From: Octopus sinensis
Taxonomy: Eukaryota
Length of the DNA: 64,000 bases
Direction of reading: 5' to 3'
Assembly (NCBI RefSeq): GCF_006345805.1
Contig: NC_043004.1
Span: 21,762,001 to 21,826,000, forward strand
Below the pieces are notes generated by a model. It was not told the origin of the DNA. It did not search any database and was given only the letters and a program-made list of their open reading frames with translations. A program made the position numbers and the translations under genes. Shown here in pieces: positions 26,895-39,883 of the stretch (the stretch's first letter is position 1; each line of letters opens with the position of its first letter).

Positions 26895-27458
26895 TCTTCT
26901 TTCAAATTTTCTTCCATTTCTTGCCGAGTGTCTTCCCGACTCCTAGGGCAAAGAAACTCATAGTGTATATTGGTAGGCCATTAAACCAAACTCAGTAGTT
27001 CGTTCATTTCTTTTTTTTTTTAAAGTTAAATTAAAATACATGAGCAGCAACAGTTCTCACATCGACAATGCTCTTCTCAATACGTGTGATGTACCAGTTA
27101 AGACAATCTTTTGCACTTCTTGCAGGGATGGTAAGCCAGGGATCATTCTCATATAATTTTCGGTTCCCTTATTGATCATTCCTAGTGCTCCTACGATCAC
27201 TGGTATTGTAACCGCCTTGAGATGCCACATTTTCTCAATTTCAATGAGTAGGTCTTTATATTTTCTGAGCTTGTCAAACTCTTTCGCTGAGATATTATGA
27301 TCACAGGGGATACTCATGTCGATCAATAAGCAAACTTTATTGTTTTGGTCTTTCACAACAATATCTGGTTTATTGGCCTTGATGGTTCGGTCTGTATGTA
27401 CTGGAAAGTCCCACAGAATGGTTACATTTTCTCCTTCAGTTACAGCCTCAGGGTGGTG
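26895..27458 (-). mobile_element. R4/Dong-clade LINE, 5-prime truncated (REL endonuclease plus 3-prime UTR)
   Basis: Open frame ILWDFPVHTDRTIKANKPDIVVKD...LIDMSIP...KLRKYKDL...IPVIVGALG...VLRRALSM stop (27057); (TAA)n on both sides. Confidence 0.9.
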
Positions 27459-27497
<39 letters not shown>

Positions 27498-27749
27498 TAT
27501 TATTATTATTTAATTTTAATCTCCATGTTTGTTACGATCACTCACCGAGACACACCCAGCGTCCTAGGACGAGTGAACGATAAGAGATGTTACAGTATGA
27601 CTGAAAGTTTGGGAAGATGAAGTAGTAAGGGCAGTAGCGAAATCTTTTCATATTTCTTCATGTAATATCTTCATGCAATAAAACATACATTTAAAGTGAA
27701 AGAGAGAAATCGAAAAGACTGTACTGACAAGTACTGCCTACATCCTTAG

Positions 27750-28454
27750 AAAAACTGAGACGTGGTTCTTCTGGGATATTATCAAGATGTTTCTGACATA
27801 CCTTTCTTATCATACCTAGGTCATCCACAATTACAGGAACAGTTCTCGCTTTAAGATGCCATATCTTTTGTATTTGAATTTCCAAATCCTTATATTTATT
27901 TGATTTGTCAAATTCCTTTACAGATAAATCTTTATGAGTAGGAAAACTTATATCTATTAGTCTACAAGTATTTTCTTTTCTATGTTTAATGGCTATGTCT
28001 GGTCGATTAGCTTGGATCGTTCTCTCAGTGTTGACTGGATAATTCCAGAGGATACTGATATTTTTACTTTCAACGACTGGCTCATGATGATATTCATACT
28101 AGTAAGCAGCTGTGTTAATTTTGTAGTGTTTACATACTTTCCATTGTAAATACTGTTCTACACCATCGTGGTGATTTTTGTATTCGTTTGGTGTCAGCAC
28201 AGGACATCCCAAAGCAAAAGAGTGTATTGTTTGATCAGATTTATCACAGAATTTGCATTTAGCGTCAGAACTGTTTTGAAAAACGTTAGCCTGGTAGTTT
28301 TTGGCGGGTAAGCTTTGATCTTGTGCCGCCAATATGAGACCTTCAGTCTCAGTCTTGAGCTTCTCAGACACTGATGGGTTGTTGCTTGGTCTACGTCAGC
28401 ATTCTGTACATGCAGAGGCTTCTGGATCCAGCACTTTTCAATTTGTTTCTGCCC

Positions 28455-28455
<1 letters not shown>
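27750..28455 (-). mobile_element. Second R4/Dong-clade LINE relic (zinc knuckle plus REL)
   Basis: LKTETEGLILAAQDQSL..CKFC..TIHS..GC..YKNHHD, then RPDIAI..IDISFP..KYKDLEIQIQKIWHLK..VPVIV. Confidence 0.88.
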
Positions 28456-28504
<49 letters not shown>

Positions 28505-28714
28505 CATCATCATGATCAATGTTTCTGATAGTGGAACGGTTACCATGAGTAAATGTCGCGATGGTATCATTACCGCAGACTAATCAATAATGTCCGTTAT
28601 TGATAGAAATGTTGCTATAATTACAACTGCTATTAACTCAATTATTCGTGATGACGTGTGTAAGACTGATCCGGTTATCAGCCAAGTCCATCATGACGAA
28701 GGCGGTTTTCTTTT

Positions 28715-29235
28715 GATTGGTGGCTATAGCGAAAGAGATAGCGTGGTGGACGAGATTGAAAGGACTGAAGACAGGTACTTTCCTCTTCGGCCAAGCACGC
28801 ATCGACTTCTTCAGGCTTCTCTCGAAAAGGAAAATCAGGTTGGAGAGGGAAATGCTTCATCCCAGTATTTTTTGAAAGCTCGATGAACGTGGCGAGAATG
28901 GCCTATATGAATGAGCTTACTCCATACATGCGTTTGCCGTTGGGGTAACCAGGGTGTGTGTGTGGAGGGAAGACTCCTTGGTCAGTGGAACTCTCCGCTT
29001 TTGCAGAATTTTATTGTTTAAATTTTGTCGTGAACTATCAAAGCAGTCCACCCACTATTGGGGATGCGGTTGATAAATTATCTATTTTTCTAATTTCTAT
29101 TTATGTATCCTTTTCTTATATTCTTTAATGTTATATGTTTAACCTTGATCGATGTAAACCCCACTTATTTTGTCTTGTATCATCTCTTTGATATTGTCCT
29201 CCATGTCTTGGGCCCTTGTCACCAATACAAGTCTC
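28715..29235 (+). mobile_element. Tx1/L1-clade LINE 3-prime end
   Basis: Frame VAIAKEIAWWTRLKGL..DFFRLLSKRKIRLERE..NVARMA resembles the Tx1-type ORF2 C-terminus; followed by a T-rich UTR and (CAT)n. Confidence 0.65.
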
Positions 29236-29336
29236 ATCATCATCATCATCATCAGCATCATCATAAACATCATCATCATCATCATTTTTATAAATATTGT
29301 TATCATTTTATGTGCATATGGCAAGAGAGAATCGTT

Positions 29337-29441
29337 CGATGTGTGCAAAGCGCTTGCTAAAGAAGTTAAAAATACCAAGTGGCTTTGTCTGTCCTTGTTT
29401 GTCCCCTCTGTGTGTAGCCCCTTGTGGGCAGTAAAGAAATA
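29337..29441 (+). mobile_element. Short L1/Tx1-like 3-prime tail inserted in a SINE B head
   Basis: Flanked by direct repeat AGAATCGTT (29328-29336 and 29442-29450); ends TGTAGCCCCTTGTGGGCAGTAAAGAAATA. Confidence 0.6.
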
Positions 29442-29637
29442 AGAATCGTTAGCACGCCGGGAAAAATGCTTAGCAGCATTTCGTCCATCTTCACGTTTTG
29501 AGTTCAAATTCCGCTGAGGTCGGCTGTGCTTTTCATCCTTTCTGTGTCGATAAAATAAATACCAGTTAAACACTGAGGTTGATGTAAACGACTTATCCGC
29601 TCCCTCCAGATTGCTGTCCTTGCGGCAAAATTTGAAA
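29442..29637 (+). mobile_element. SINE family B
   Basis: AGAATCGTTAGCACGCCGGG..GAGTTCAAATTCCGC.GAGGTCG..TTTCATCCTTTC..GTCGATAAAATAA.TACCAG; the central block resembles the Meta/Sauria-type SINE domain (from recall). Confidence 0.85.
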
Positions 29638-29679
29638 TCATCATCATGTTACAAATTTTAACTAAGTCAGCAGCATAAG

Positions 29680-30260
29680 GCCGTTACCGTTTATTTTGAG
29701 GTAAACGTTGAATGATAATAACATGAAGTTTGATTATTGAAGATTGCATTATTCACTGAAAATTTCGAAGAAATTCTATTCAAAATACTTTTGACAGCGC
29801 TAGAATGATGATCTAGAATGATTGGATTTTGCGTTGATATACTGGAGATATTATTTGGTTTTATGATAAAGATAGTAGAAGCTTTCCGGGTACATTCCAA
29901 ATGAGATTTGGCGTATCCGGTTGCTAGGGATAGAGCATCGTGCATGTAAAGGCTTCCGCTATCTTAGAAAAAATATGCGTAAAGTCAATGTAGAAGTAAA
30001 AGAGCGACTATGTCCGTGATTTACACATAATCCGACGATTCCATCGTGATATCAAAGTGATCTGTAGGTAGAATTTTAGACTATGATTTATTATCGAAGG
30101 AAATTAGACTTTCTCTCGACATAGGGGCGATAATTTCCTGGTAAATATGAGTTCTTTATTAAGCAGAAAAGTGTAATAGTCTGCGTTATTTATTTCAAAC
30201 TGTAGAAAGGAAATGTCACTGCTGTTTTGTAGAGTACGTAACGGCTTATTTAAATACATT
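29680..30260 (-). mobile_element. Penelope-like element RT relic
   Basis: Minus strand FLQFEI, FDITMESSD...DIVALLLL (cf. FDVTMGSYDGAE..ELVGL), and KPNN..VKSILNRIS..NNAIFN. Confidence 0.65.
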
Positions 30261-30494
30261 CCTTACACATAAGATCATTTTTCAATCTATATTTCCTCGT
30301 TGATGTTATCCGGAACCTCATCTTTCTTCTTGTCAAGTTTTCTGCTTTTGGCATACTTTGCCCTCGTTATCAGGTTTAGTTTTAAGAACTCAATCTGTCT
30401 AAGCACTAAATTGGTGCCTATTTATACTATGTTTGCACTAACATTTACACACAAACACATTCGCATGCACGCACACATATATTATTTTCTACTC

Positions 30495-30697
30495 TAGGCA
30501 AAAGGCCTGAAATCTTGGGGGAGTGGGCCAATCGATTAGATCGACCCTCGCACGCAAGTTGTACTTAATTTATCGACCCTAAAGGGATGAAAGACAAAGC
30601 TGACCTCGGCGGAATTTGAACTCAGAAAATGAAGTCAGACGAAATACTGCTAGGTAGTTCGCCTGGCGTGCTAACGATTCTGCCAGCACGCCGCCCT
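30495..30697 (-). mobile_element. SINE family B, full length
   Basis: Minus strand GGGCGGCGTGCTGGCAGAATCGTTAGCACGCCAGG head through to TTTCAGGCCTTTTGCCTAGAGTAGAAA tail. Confidence 0.88.
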
Positions 30698-33255
30698 ACG
30701 CATACATGTATATTAACCAAGTAAACATCGAAGAAATGATATTTAACGGATATCGTGTTCGCATAACGTCGTTCGCATAAACCTTTTCTCTTTATTTAAA
30801 CATTTAGCTCTGGTCTCAGTTGTTCCATTATGCACAGAGAACATGGAATTAATAATCGCTCAATTACAGCCTTTATTGTTCCTTAATAGCAATTAGCTAT
30901 AATCGTGGATATCTAAATTTTAGATGTATTGAGTAGATATTTTATTATACGCCAGTGGCATTGTCCGATATTAACTTTTCCTTCTATGACTGTTACTGAT
31001 TTAGTTATATTACAGCCAATTCAGTTCTATAGTGAAATTCCGGGGAGGTCACTTCCACATCCTATTCAACTGTAGTAGATTATAATGTGTAGCTGTAAAC
31101 TACTGGAAACGAGTGTCCCAAATGCATTCGCTATTCGTGATAATGAATCTAATTTAGAAATCATGTGATACACTATAATCGCAATATATACTGTATCTTT
31201 TGTGGCTAGCAAACATGAAAAACAGATAACTCTATGTCTAAAAACGCCATTCATGCCGCACTTCATCAATCTTTTTCTGGATATTTCATATGATATCCAT
31301 AGCAACAAAACTACACCACCACCAACTTGCCTTCCTGTTTTTTGGATCAGAACCGATCATTCATCCAAAATAACTGTGTAAATGGCTGAACTGAGTTGTA
31401 CAATGAAGTACTTCTCCCACAGCCCCCACCCCCAATCACCCAGCCGATTTTCATGAAGTTGTTAAATAATGCGCTCCAGCCTGTCTATTACAGACTTTCT
31501 GTTTCCTCAGTCTTACTTCTTCCTCTATTACAACATCCCTTGTTCTTCATGATTTGTGTTTTTTTCTTAGTTCACTTAAATCTCGCTCCCCGCTTCGTTG
31601 ATCATGCTGTGCCAACCCCCAAGCCTACAGGTATTTGTGCTTGTAGCCAACAATTTGTAGCTGTTTGAGAAGAATGTGAAACGCGTTGATTACACTGATC
31701 TCAGCCTGCGGAAGACATGACGATGGCCTCCGAAAGATCTGGTTTACCTCTCGACAAAAAAAAAAAGAAAAATCATAAAATACAAACAAACGTATGATTG
31801 ATATTTTGCAATTTGAAAATATAGGTTTTCTTCCTCGATAATATCTTTCAAAAGTTTTCTGTTTTCTTATTGTTACAGTCGCAAGATTATAATGCTCTTA
31901 TGTAATCATGGATATTCACTTTGACAAGAATAGTGAAACAATAGTTACCTGATTTCAACCAGAAAAGTAACTGTAACATGGTGTATACTAAGCTAGAGAC
32001 TAACATATAGCTCTACGGCTCTTATCTTAATAGCGAAGATATTTTAATCTGTCTGTTTTTGTCTACATTGTTATATATTTTGTCTCTTCGTTTTATTAAA
32101 TTAACATATCTATGTCGTAGATAATTTATAGTCTCGTCTGTAATACGAATTATATCTAACTTCCTGACTTTCGTGTAAATTTTGTCTAACTTATTTTTCT
32201 CAACCACGTTGATGTTTCTTGTACTTCTGTTGATTGTTATTGATGTTGCGAGTATCTGAATGCAATTTTTGAATTGTATAGAACATTTTTTTTTTCTTTC
32301 GGCCAAGCAAAAGCCTCTGCATTTATTGACAATTCAGAACAGAATTTTGTTACGAATATTATCTTGTACTTATATTGGAAGATATAATATTCATGAAGAT
32401 ATGGTTGTAATCGAACCAACGATCATATTCGACATCAGGTAGATCAAAAATGTTCTGCTGTAATTCCCCTGAAAATAAAATGTAAACCTCTCTCTCTCTC
32501 ACTTGTTCTCTCTTTCTTTCTTTATGTATGGGTGTACATATGTATGCAATATATGTATGAATAAATGGTTTGACATGTATACACACACACACACACATAT
32601 ATATATGTATGTGTATGTATGTAAGAGGTATTGTAGTGAAATTTTTACAAAGTATTCTGTTAATGCTGTGGTAAGATATAGTCAAGGTATGGAAAGGAAT
32701 GCATATCACGGCAGTACCGAGTGAACCTCGGGGTATACAAAAATGGTTTAGGTTTCAGTAAAGAATTTGTGGTTTTGAAAGAAATTGACTCCCTTCTTTG
32801 TACAGTCTCTTCAATTATATTTAATGGATGTAAAATTAAATTTGATTACATTCTTAGTTATTTTAAAATAGATATTTTCCTTTCGTTACTCAGCTTTGTT
32901 AATTTGCCGACAAAAGGATTATATATGTTAATATGAAAACTATGCATTATGTAAACTCGACAACACTAGGACACAAAGTATTGTTGTTAAATTAGTTATT
33001 TCATATTTCACCAGGATAACCGCTACCAGCTGTTAAACAATTATAATTTAAGGTAGCAGGAAAAACGGTATAAACCTTTATATCCAGAAAGAAAAAAAAA
33101 ACACCTACCATTAAATTTACTAAGTAGAAAGTATTCGGATATCTCGTTTCAATTTGAATTATCCCCTCGTTACCTGAAGAATCGCCTATGAGAAAATCAT
33201 TGAAGCAAGACAAGGATCCACTTAGTAAATGCATTGGGTACTTGTCTCCTCCTTT

Positions 33256-33724
33256 GGATCTTTTTCGGTTTGAACAGCAGTGTTTTAAAATAATTGCCAC
33301 GTAACTAAACACTTTTAAACTTCGTATACTGGTAGAATGTGTTTATAAAACATATTTTTCTCTTGGCTTTATTGAGAAAATTCTATAGTTTGTAAGATAT
33401 TTGTTGTTTTTTTTCTTCAATATCTGCAATTTCAACCAATCAATGACGTCTATTGAGGTGAAAACATTCTGTGCCGTATGAAAATGTCACTCGTTTAAGA
33501 AACAGATTGGGTTTATTTATATTTCTGAAGAAAAAAAATACCCTTTCCCCCACCCCTAACCTTAACCCTAACCCTAATCCTAACCCTAATCCTAACCCTA
33601 ACCCTAACTAACCCTAACCCTAAAACAGATTGAAATGCAATAGATCGATACTAGGGTCATAATTATGGGTGACAATTTCATATGACACTGCTAGAAAAAA
33701 CTGCCGTTCAAACCGAAAAGATCC
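33256..33724. mobile_element. Non-autonomous TIR element (Merlin-like MITE) with internal telomeric repeats
   Basis: TIRs GGATCTTTT(T)CGGTTTGAAC.GCAGT at both ends; 8-bp TSD CCTCCTTT at 33248-33255 and 33725-33732; GG termini. Confidence 0.85.
33554..33623 (+). repeat. Interstitial (CCCTAA)n telomere-like array
   Basis: About 11 units with CCTTAA/TCCTAA variants. Confidence 0.92.
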
Positions 33725-34899
33725 CCTCCTTTTCATCCACTCGAGTATACATACTTACTTATGTACATATACAACATAACATATGCATGTATTTAGAGAC
33801 AGGCATTAGACAGTAGTTCGTTCTCTCTTTCATGTCCGCTATCCTGCTACATGTCTTTTGTCAAACCATACAAAACAATACTTTTTACATGTAGTTACTT
33901 TCGACGTCTAGCATGGTGTCTTTTTAAATTGCAAACTATACGCAAATTAAGCAAATGTTGTCCGGCTTGGTGACTTTGCTGGTAACTTGTTAGTTCAAAC
34001 TCGAAAAGAATAAACAGCCAAAACCATTGCAGACTGAACTACCTAATCCTGTATGCAAATCGTACGTTTTCGTATAGCTCGTTTAAATTCTGCATGCGAA
34101 ATTAACATTTTTTTTGTTTTTGAAATAGTTTTACAATCATTTACTTGTTTTTCTCCATTGATGATGATCAAAAGCATTGTTTAAAAGTTGACTTTCTTTA
34201 GTTCAGATGCTTTGAAGTTGTCTTGTTCGTGCTGTAGTTACCTTCCACATAAAAACTAACCGTACAGCTTCTGTTTTAGTATATTCTGATATTTCATTCA
34301 TACAATGTATCCACTCCAACGTAATCAATTTTGTACCACGGGAACCAGCTGGTATTCAGTGTCTTATACATTTCTCATAGCAGTACTGAAGAACTTTTAC
34401 ATAGCATTTTTAAGGAGCCCTTAAAAAGAAGGAGGAGAGTCAATACATTGACCCAATACATGGCAACTTTTGATAATATTTTGATGTTATGTTGATACCA
34501 GGCACTAAAATCAGGAGTCCTGACAGAATGGATTACTATCTTAAGTCAAAATGATATTCGCGAATCAGGAATGGCTGATTTTGCTCTCAGAAAGACAAAA
34601 GTATTTAATACTTACCGTCTTTTTTTCTTGGTAAGGTCATTCCCCACGTGTTTCCGAAGCAAGCTGTAACATTACATCGATGCTAACAGGTTAATGCTAG
34701 GGTGAAATTAGTGGCATCATGCATAAATAAAAGCCATGAGAATATGTAGGCCTCTATCAATATGCGAAACGGTTATAAGGGAAATCGTAAATGAGATAAT
34801 TAAATCATCAGTATAGGTAGCCAAATAGAGAAAATTAAAAAAAGGTCTACAAGAACGATGACTCGCGGATTCCAGAACAAAATTCCGTTCAAAATCATG

Positions 34900-35580
34900 G
34901 TCGATGCTACAACAAAAATACAAGAGATAGAGAGTTAATGCATGGACATTGTTCGATTCAAGCCCAAACTATTGTTACCCTTTGAAATTAATTAATAGTG
35001 CAAAATGAAGGGAAAGCAATGCTAATTTGGGTCAATTTGCCTCTTCATCCGGATGATTATCCAGTTGTCAGTAATGATGAGAAAATAAGGTGCATGCTCC
35101 TACCACCCAACATTCCATCTTATGGATCAACGTATAATTGTTGTCGACAAACGATTATATCAATGATAATATTTGGATGAATCTCTTTTGAGGACGCAAA
35201 AACATATAAATGAAGGAAGACGCATGAAGACAAGTAACTCTAAACAAGAATCTGAACTCAGTAATAAATTCACTTTACCAGCTTCTTGGACGGCTTTGTG
35301 ATTACCAATCTAACCAACGCAGAGAAAAATCAAAAAGATGTTAACTAAAATTATTGTTTCTTTCAAAAACTTTAAGCAGTCGATTATTTTCGAAGAGTTA
35401 AGAGAGTACGAAAAAAAGGATATCGCAAAACACAACGCCAGTACTTGAATGGGAGACCGAAAAGACACGGATACCAAGTATTAACGGATGAAGAACTTAC
35501 GAAAGTAGTTCTTCTTGGTGACAGGAAGGATACTGAGGATGATGAAGTCGACGAACCGTCGCTCAGAAGCATCGGTTCTC
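34900..35580 (+). mobile_element. pogo/Tigger transposase relic
   Basis: KAMLIWVNLPLHP..SNDEKIRCMLLPPN..MDQRII..KRLY (cf. LLLDNAPAHP..FLPPNTTS.IQPMDQGII) and acidic tail GYQVLTDEEL. Confidence 0.75.
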
Positions 35581-35991
35581 TGTTATCCAAATATCTTTGG
35601 ATAATATTTTTTCATACATCGATATGATAACAGCTACTAACCATTTTTCAAGTTTCACTTCCTTTTGAAAATTTCTTTCAAATTTATGTTTAAAACATCA
35701 GAGGTAACAATTCTTTAAAAATAAATGTATATATATAAAATAACATACATATGTAAATATATATATAATATATTATTATTATATTATTATTATTATTATT
35801 ATTATTATTATCATATACATATACATACAAGCACACACACACACATATATATATGTAAATATACCCGTATACATTTACATACACACGTACGCACGCATAC
35901 ACATATACACAGATACCTATGCACATATTGTTATGTATATATGCATGCATGCTTACATATTCATAAGCATACACACACACACACATATGTA

Positions 35992-36297
35992 GGCACAGGT
36001 TCAGTTCCACTGCTTGCCACCTTGGGAAAGTGTCAACTACTATAGCTTCGGGTCGACGAAACCTTTGTGACTGGATTGGGTTGGCGGAAACTGAAGGAAG
36101 CCCGTCATATAACTATATGTGTGTGTATATCTATCTCTCTCTGTCTCTCTCTCTCTATATATATATATATACATGTGTGTGTGCATGTATTTATATTTAT
36201 ATGTGAGCTTCAGTGCCTCTGTTTGTCCCCCAGCATCATTTGACAACCAATGCTGGTGTGTATATCCTCGTAAAAGGAACCGATAGAGTAAGTACTA
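35992..36297 (+). mobile_element. SINE family A, partial
   Basis: GGTTCAGTTCCACTG..CACCTTGGGAAAGTGTC..CTATAGC..GGAAACTGAAGGAAGCCCGTC plus internal microsatellite and part of tail. Confidence 0.8.
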
Positions 36298-36814
36298 TAT
36301 ATATACGCGCATACTCGCATAGTCATCATATATACATATAAAGGAATAAGGGATATTTGAGAAAATAGGAGATGTCAAGTTTATTGATAAGTAATGAAAA
36401 ATGCCAGATTTATGAAGGCAAGATCCTAATTGTATTGCCGAAAACCTGAGTGCAGTAGGGTTATTGGGTAGCCAGAGGTGACTAATGTTAGAGGCTTGTA
36501 AATAAGATAAATGAAGCCATCGAAGGACAGCCTGTCAGGAAGATAAATCTGATATGGCAAGGGGTTGGGGAAGAGTTTAACATTAACTGGTTATAATGGT
36601 GTTAGTTATAAAAGTTTAAAATATTGAAATACTTCTGAAAGAGCGTGTTTATTACTATGAAATATATAAATTAGTAATGAATGAGATATACTGTGATTAA
36701 TGATAGATTAAAATAAATAGATAAGTTCAGTAAATAAAGAAATCTTTCAAGTTAAGTATATAAATTTAATTTAAATAGTGTTTAATTATAATAGGTATTA
36801 TATAAATTATAAGC

Positions 36815-37760
36815 TAGATGAGGTATAGAAATATGAATTAACGAAGAAGAATAGAGACGTACAAAAATATATAAAGGAAAATGATGATAACGTTAATATA
36901 CTAATTTAATTAAGTAAGCTTATATCATGTCTGAACTACATATTAGTTGAAATAAAATGTCTGATAGCTATACAGAGTTAGCTGTGTTAGTGAATTTGGA
37001 TTTGTAGTGAAAGCTAGTGTATTTATGAACATAAGAGGAGAACGGTTCGTGATGCTTGTTTAGTAACTGTGCTGCAACTGAATAAGTATTACATAAATCA
37101 TAAAGCAGATCAAGTATAGAAACATGAATTAAAGGAGAAAGATAAAGTAGGCATTTATAGAATCGAACAACATAGAAGAATATGATGATAAGGTAAATAT
37201 ACTAATTTAACGAAGTGAGCCTGTATCATATCCGAACTACATATCAATGAAAATAAAATGTACGATATATATAGAGAGGTTGTAGTCTTACTGCATTTGC
37301 GTTTGTGGTAAAATCTAAAATTTTTAAAGATCTATGAGCACAGGAGGAGAAAGCTTCGTGGTGCTTATTTGATAATTGTGCCTGGTTATGCGACATTATT
37401 TCTATGGATTCTTTTAAATATAAGCAGCGAGGAGAATTTTGGCCACGGTATTGAAGCCCTGAGTCAATAATAGACCATGCTATGCCATGTGGTATAGCTT
37501 TTCCTAAGGTAGTGTACATGTTTTGCCAGCAAACTAGATTTATTATGTTTTTCGTAATTGAATGAATTTAAATGCACTGAGTATCTTTGCTTAAAACTAA
37601 AAGTAGCTCCTTGGTGGATTCTTAGATTTTATTTAGGACTACGTTAAACCTTTCTCAGTAAGCTTGTAAATGACAATTATCACGTTTGTTTTTGAAGTTA
37701 CAATTGGAGGTGTCTGGTTTAGAAATCTTTCTGCTCAGTGTAATTATAAAGTCTAGGATT
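36815..37760 (-). mobile_element. Penelope-like element GIY-YIG endonuclease relic with tandem terminal repeat
   Basis: Minus strand CNFKNKRDNCHL..FKQRYSVHLNSF..IAWSII..CLYLKE..NKHHEAFSSCAH. Segments 36815-37075 and 37110-37385 are diverged direct repeats. Confidence 0.7.
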
Positions 37761-37847
37761 AAGTCAAGTCTATTTGATACATTCTTCACATATTTGATAT
37801 ACACTGTGTCATATGTGCCATTGTTATAAGTTCAATATTAAAACACG

Positions 37848-37986
37848 AGAAATTATGTACATTATTTACATTCGACGGATATTTGTCCTCATCTTGTTTG
37901 TTGTTAACACAAGGTTTCGGCTGATATACCCTCCAGCCTTCTTCGGGTGTCTTGTTGACATTTTGAACTTGGGTTCTCATTCCTAA
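37848..37986 (-). mobile_element. Family H1 repeat with degenerate hammerhead (37906-37951)
   Basis: Reverse complement GACAC-CCGAAGA-AGGCTG..CAGCC-GAAA-CCTT-GTGTT. Confidence 0.75.
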
Positions 37987-38001
37987 CCACTACGCCATAT
38001 A

Positions 38002-38058
<57 letters not shown>

Positions 38059-38065
38059 TAATAAT

Positions 38066-38127
38066 ACCCAAGGCACACAGAGCTGCGCTCGGTAGTGAAG
38101 TGAAAGCACGCTATAAAAATAAAACTA

Positions 38128-38130
<3 letters not shown>
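38066..38130 (+). mobile_element. Probable R4/Dong extreme 3-prime end inserted in (AAT)n
   Basis: 65-bp unique segment embedded in an otherwise pure (AAT)n tract; family assignment is inference. Confidence 0.5.
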
Positions 38131-38171
<41 letters not shown>

Positions 38172-38177
38172 TAATCA

Positions 38178-38308
38178 CATCGAAAATACCTTAGGAATTT
38201 CCCCAAGACACCTGAAGAAGGCTGGAGAGTATATCAGCCGAAACGTTGAGTTAATTACAAACAAGATGAGGACAAATATTCGTCGAATGTAAATAATGTA
38301 AATAATAT
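38178..38308 (+). mobile_element. Family H1 repeat
   Basis: Homologous to 23666-23835. Confidence 0.75.
38207..38252 (+). ncRNA. Minimal type I hammerhead motif, intact core, one stem I mismatch
   Basis: GACAC-CTGAAGA-A-GGCTG..CAGCC-GAAA-CG-TT-GAGTT. Confidence 0.7.
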
Positions 38309-39816
38309 AAATAATAGAGAACAGGTGTTTCTATTTCTTTAGAGAAATAATATTTGGCGTTATTGGCATGATTAATGGCGTAATCCATACTATTCTAACT
38401 GTTGTCATTGTCATTATTAATACTGTTATTATTATCATTATTACTAGTGGTGGTGGTGGTAGTAGTAGTAGTAGTTGTGGTACTACCACTGCCACCAACA
38501 GTAACACTACCGATACACAATCATATATATTGATGCCATATATATTGATGCACATATGCGTACACATAAAAATGAGGTGAAACATGAGAAGTGTAGATAG
38601 AGACTAAGAGATAGACGATGCAGAGAAAAGATCTGCAGAAGTATATTGAATATGCCTCGTCCCAATTCCACTTCAATGTAAGTAAAGGGTTAGATGTCCA
38701 GTTTAAGAGTTTTGCTGGTCAGCTCCTACATGACTTATTTACATTATGATTTAGGAAAGGAAATACTAAATGGACTTCATTGTAATTTGGATGAGAAGCA
38801 TTCATTACAATGTAACCAAATATCATTAACAGACACAAGCCATTGATTAGTGCGAAATTCGTCAAGCATTTACCTAATTGAAATTTTTCTAATTGTTATA
38901 CGCGGTCATGTTTGCATAAGCAGAATGATATAATTTCATTAAAGGTGGACTTAATTGTTATGTAACACAAAATTACAATTTGAAGAGATTTGGACAGAAG
39001 TCGTAATAAATAGTTTTAAAATCGTTATTTTCAAACTAGTGTTTGCTCACATTAATTATATTCGTAGTGAACCTGATCGCTGAACCTCCCACTGTGTCTT
39101 AGGTTGGCTTAATCACAATGGTACGGAAGTAAATAATAGAAATGTTCTCGTTAATACAATTGAGTTGCTATACATGAATGGGTGTTTAATAATTTGTTGG
39201 TTCAATCTCGTATTATCACGAGTAGTAGATGAGCCAATACGTGACCAGATTTCTAGTTTTTTTTGAAGTTATTTGTCTTTAACTTCCGGCGTGTTTTTTT
39301 TCCAGTCGTGCAATTAAGCTACAAATAGATTTGGGTAATTTCATTGATTCCATGTAAATATTATATCAATTCATTTAATGATATAACTTATAGCCTCTAT
39401 ATTCAGATAATTTTATTCTGTAGTATGTTTGACAGTATATGAAATAATATATGTTGTTAAACGATATATTGTAATGCAATAAGGTAAATATAAATATCCT
39501 CTGAACATAAAGACTACCTAATAGATTTATTGTTGGAGATGTATCTGAAATTCCTACAGACTATAAATTTACTATCAGGAGACGATTCCAAGGAATCGTT
39601 GAAACACATAAAACGCTGTATTGCTACATTGAATTCACCTGCGTGACAGCCTCTATGGAAATATAATAGGAGTACGATAAACCAATAATTATAGTTATAC
39701 GTATACATAAATCATACATACATTATTCATACGTATATATATATATATATACATATTTATATACACACACATACACACATTCGCACACACATATACATAT
39801 ATGTGTCTGTGCTTAC

Positions 39817-39880
<64 letters not shown>

Positions 39881-39883
<3 letters not shown>

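Noticed and set aside
32020-32460. Possible Penelope ORF N-terminus on the minus strand
   Set aside because: Lys/Ile-rich, but no diagnostic motif I could confirm.
33554-33623. Telomere or chromosome-fusion scar
   Set aside because: Short, single orientation, and enclosed by MITE TIRs and a TSD.
38613-38680. Plus-strand mini-exon MQRKDLQKYIEYASSQFHFN followed by GTAAGT
   Set aside because: Isolated, unrecognised and without a supported partner exon.
39581-39599. Hairpin ACGATTCC-AA-GGAATCGT
   Set aside because: A single 8-bp stem is plausible by chance in 64 kb.
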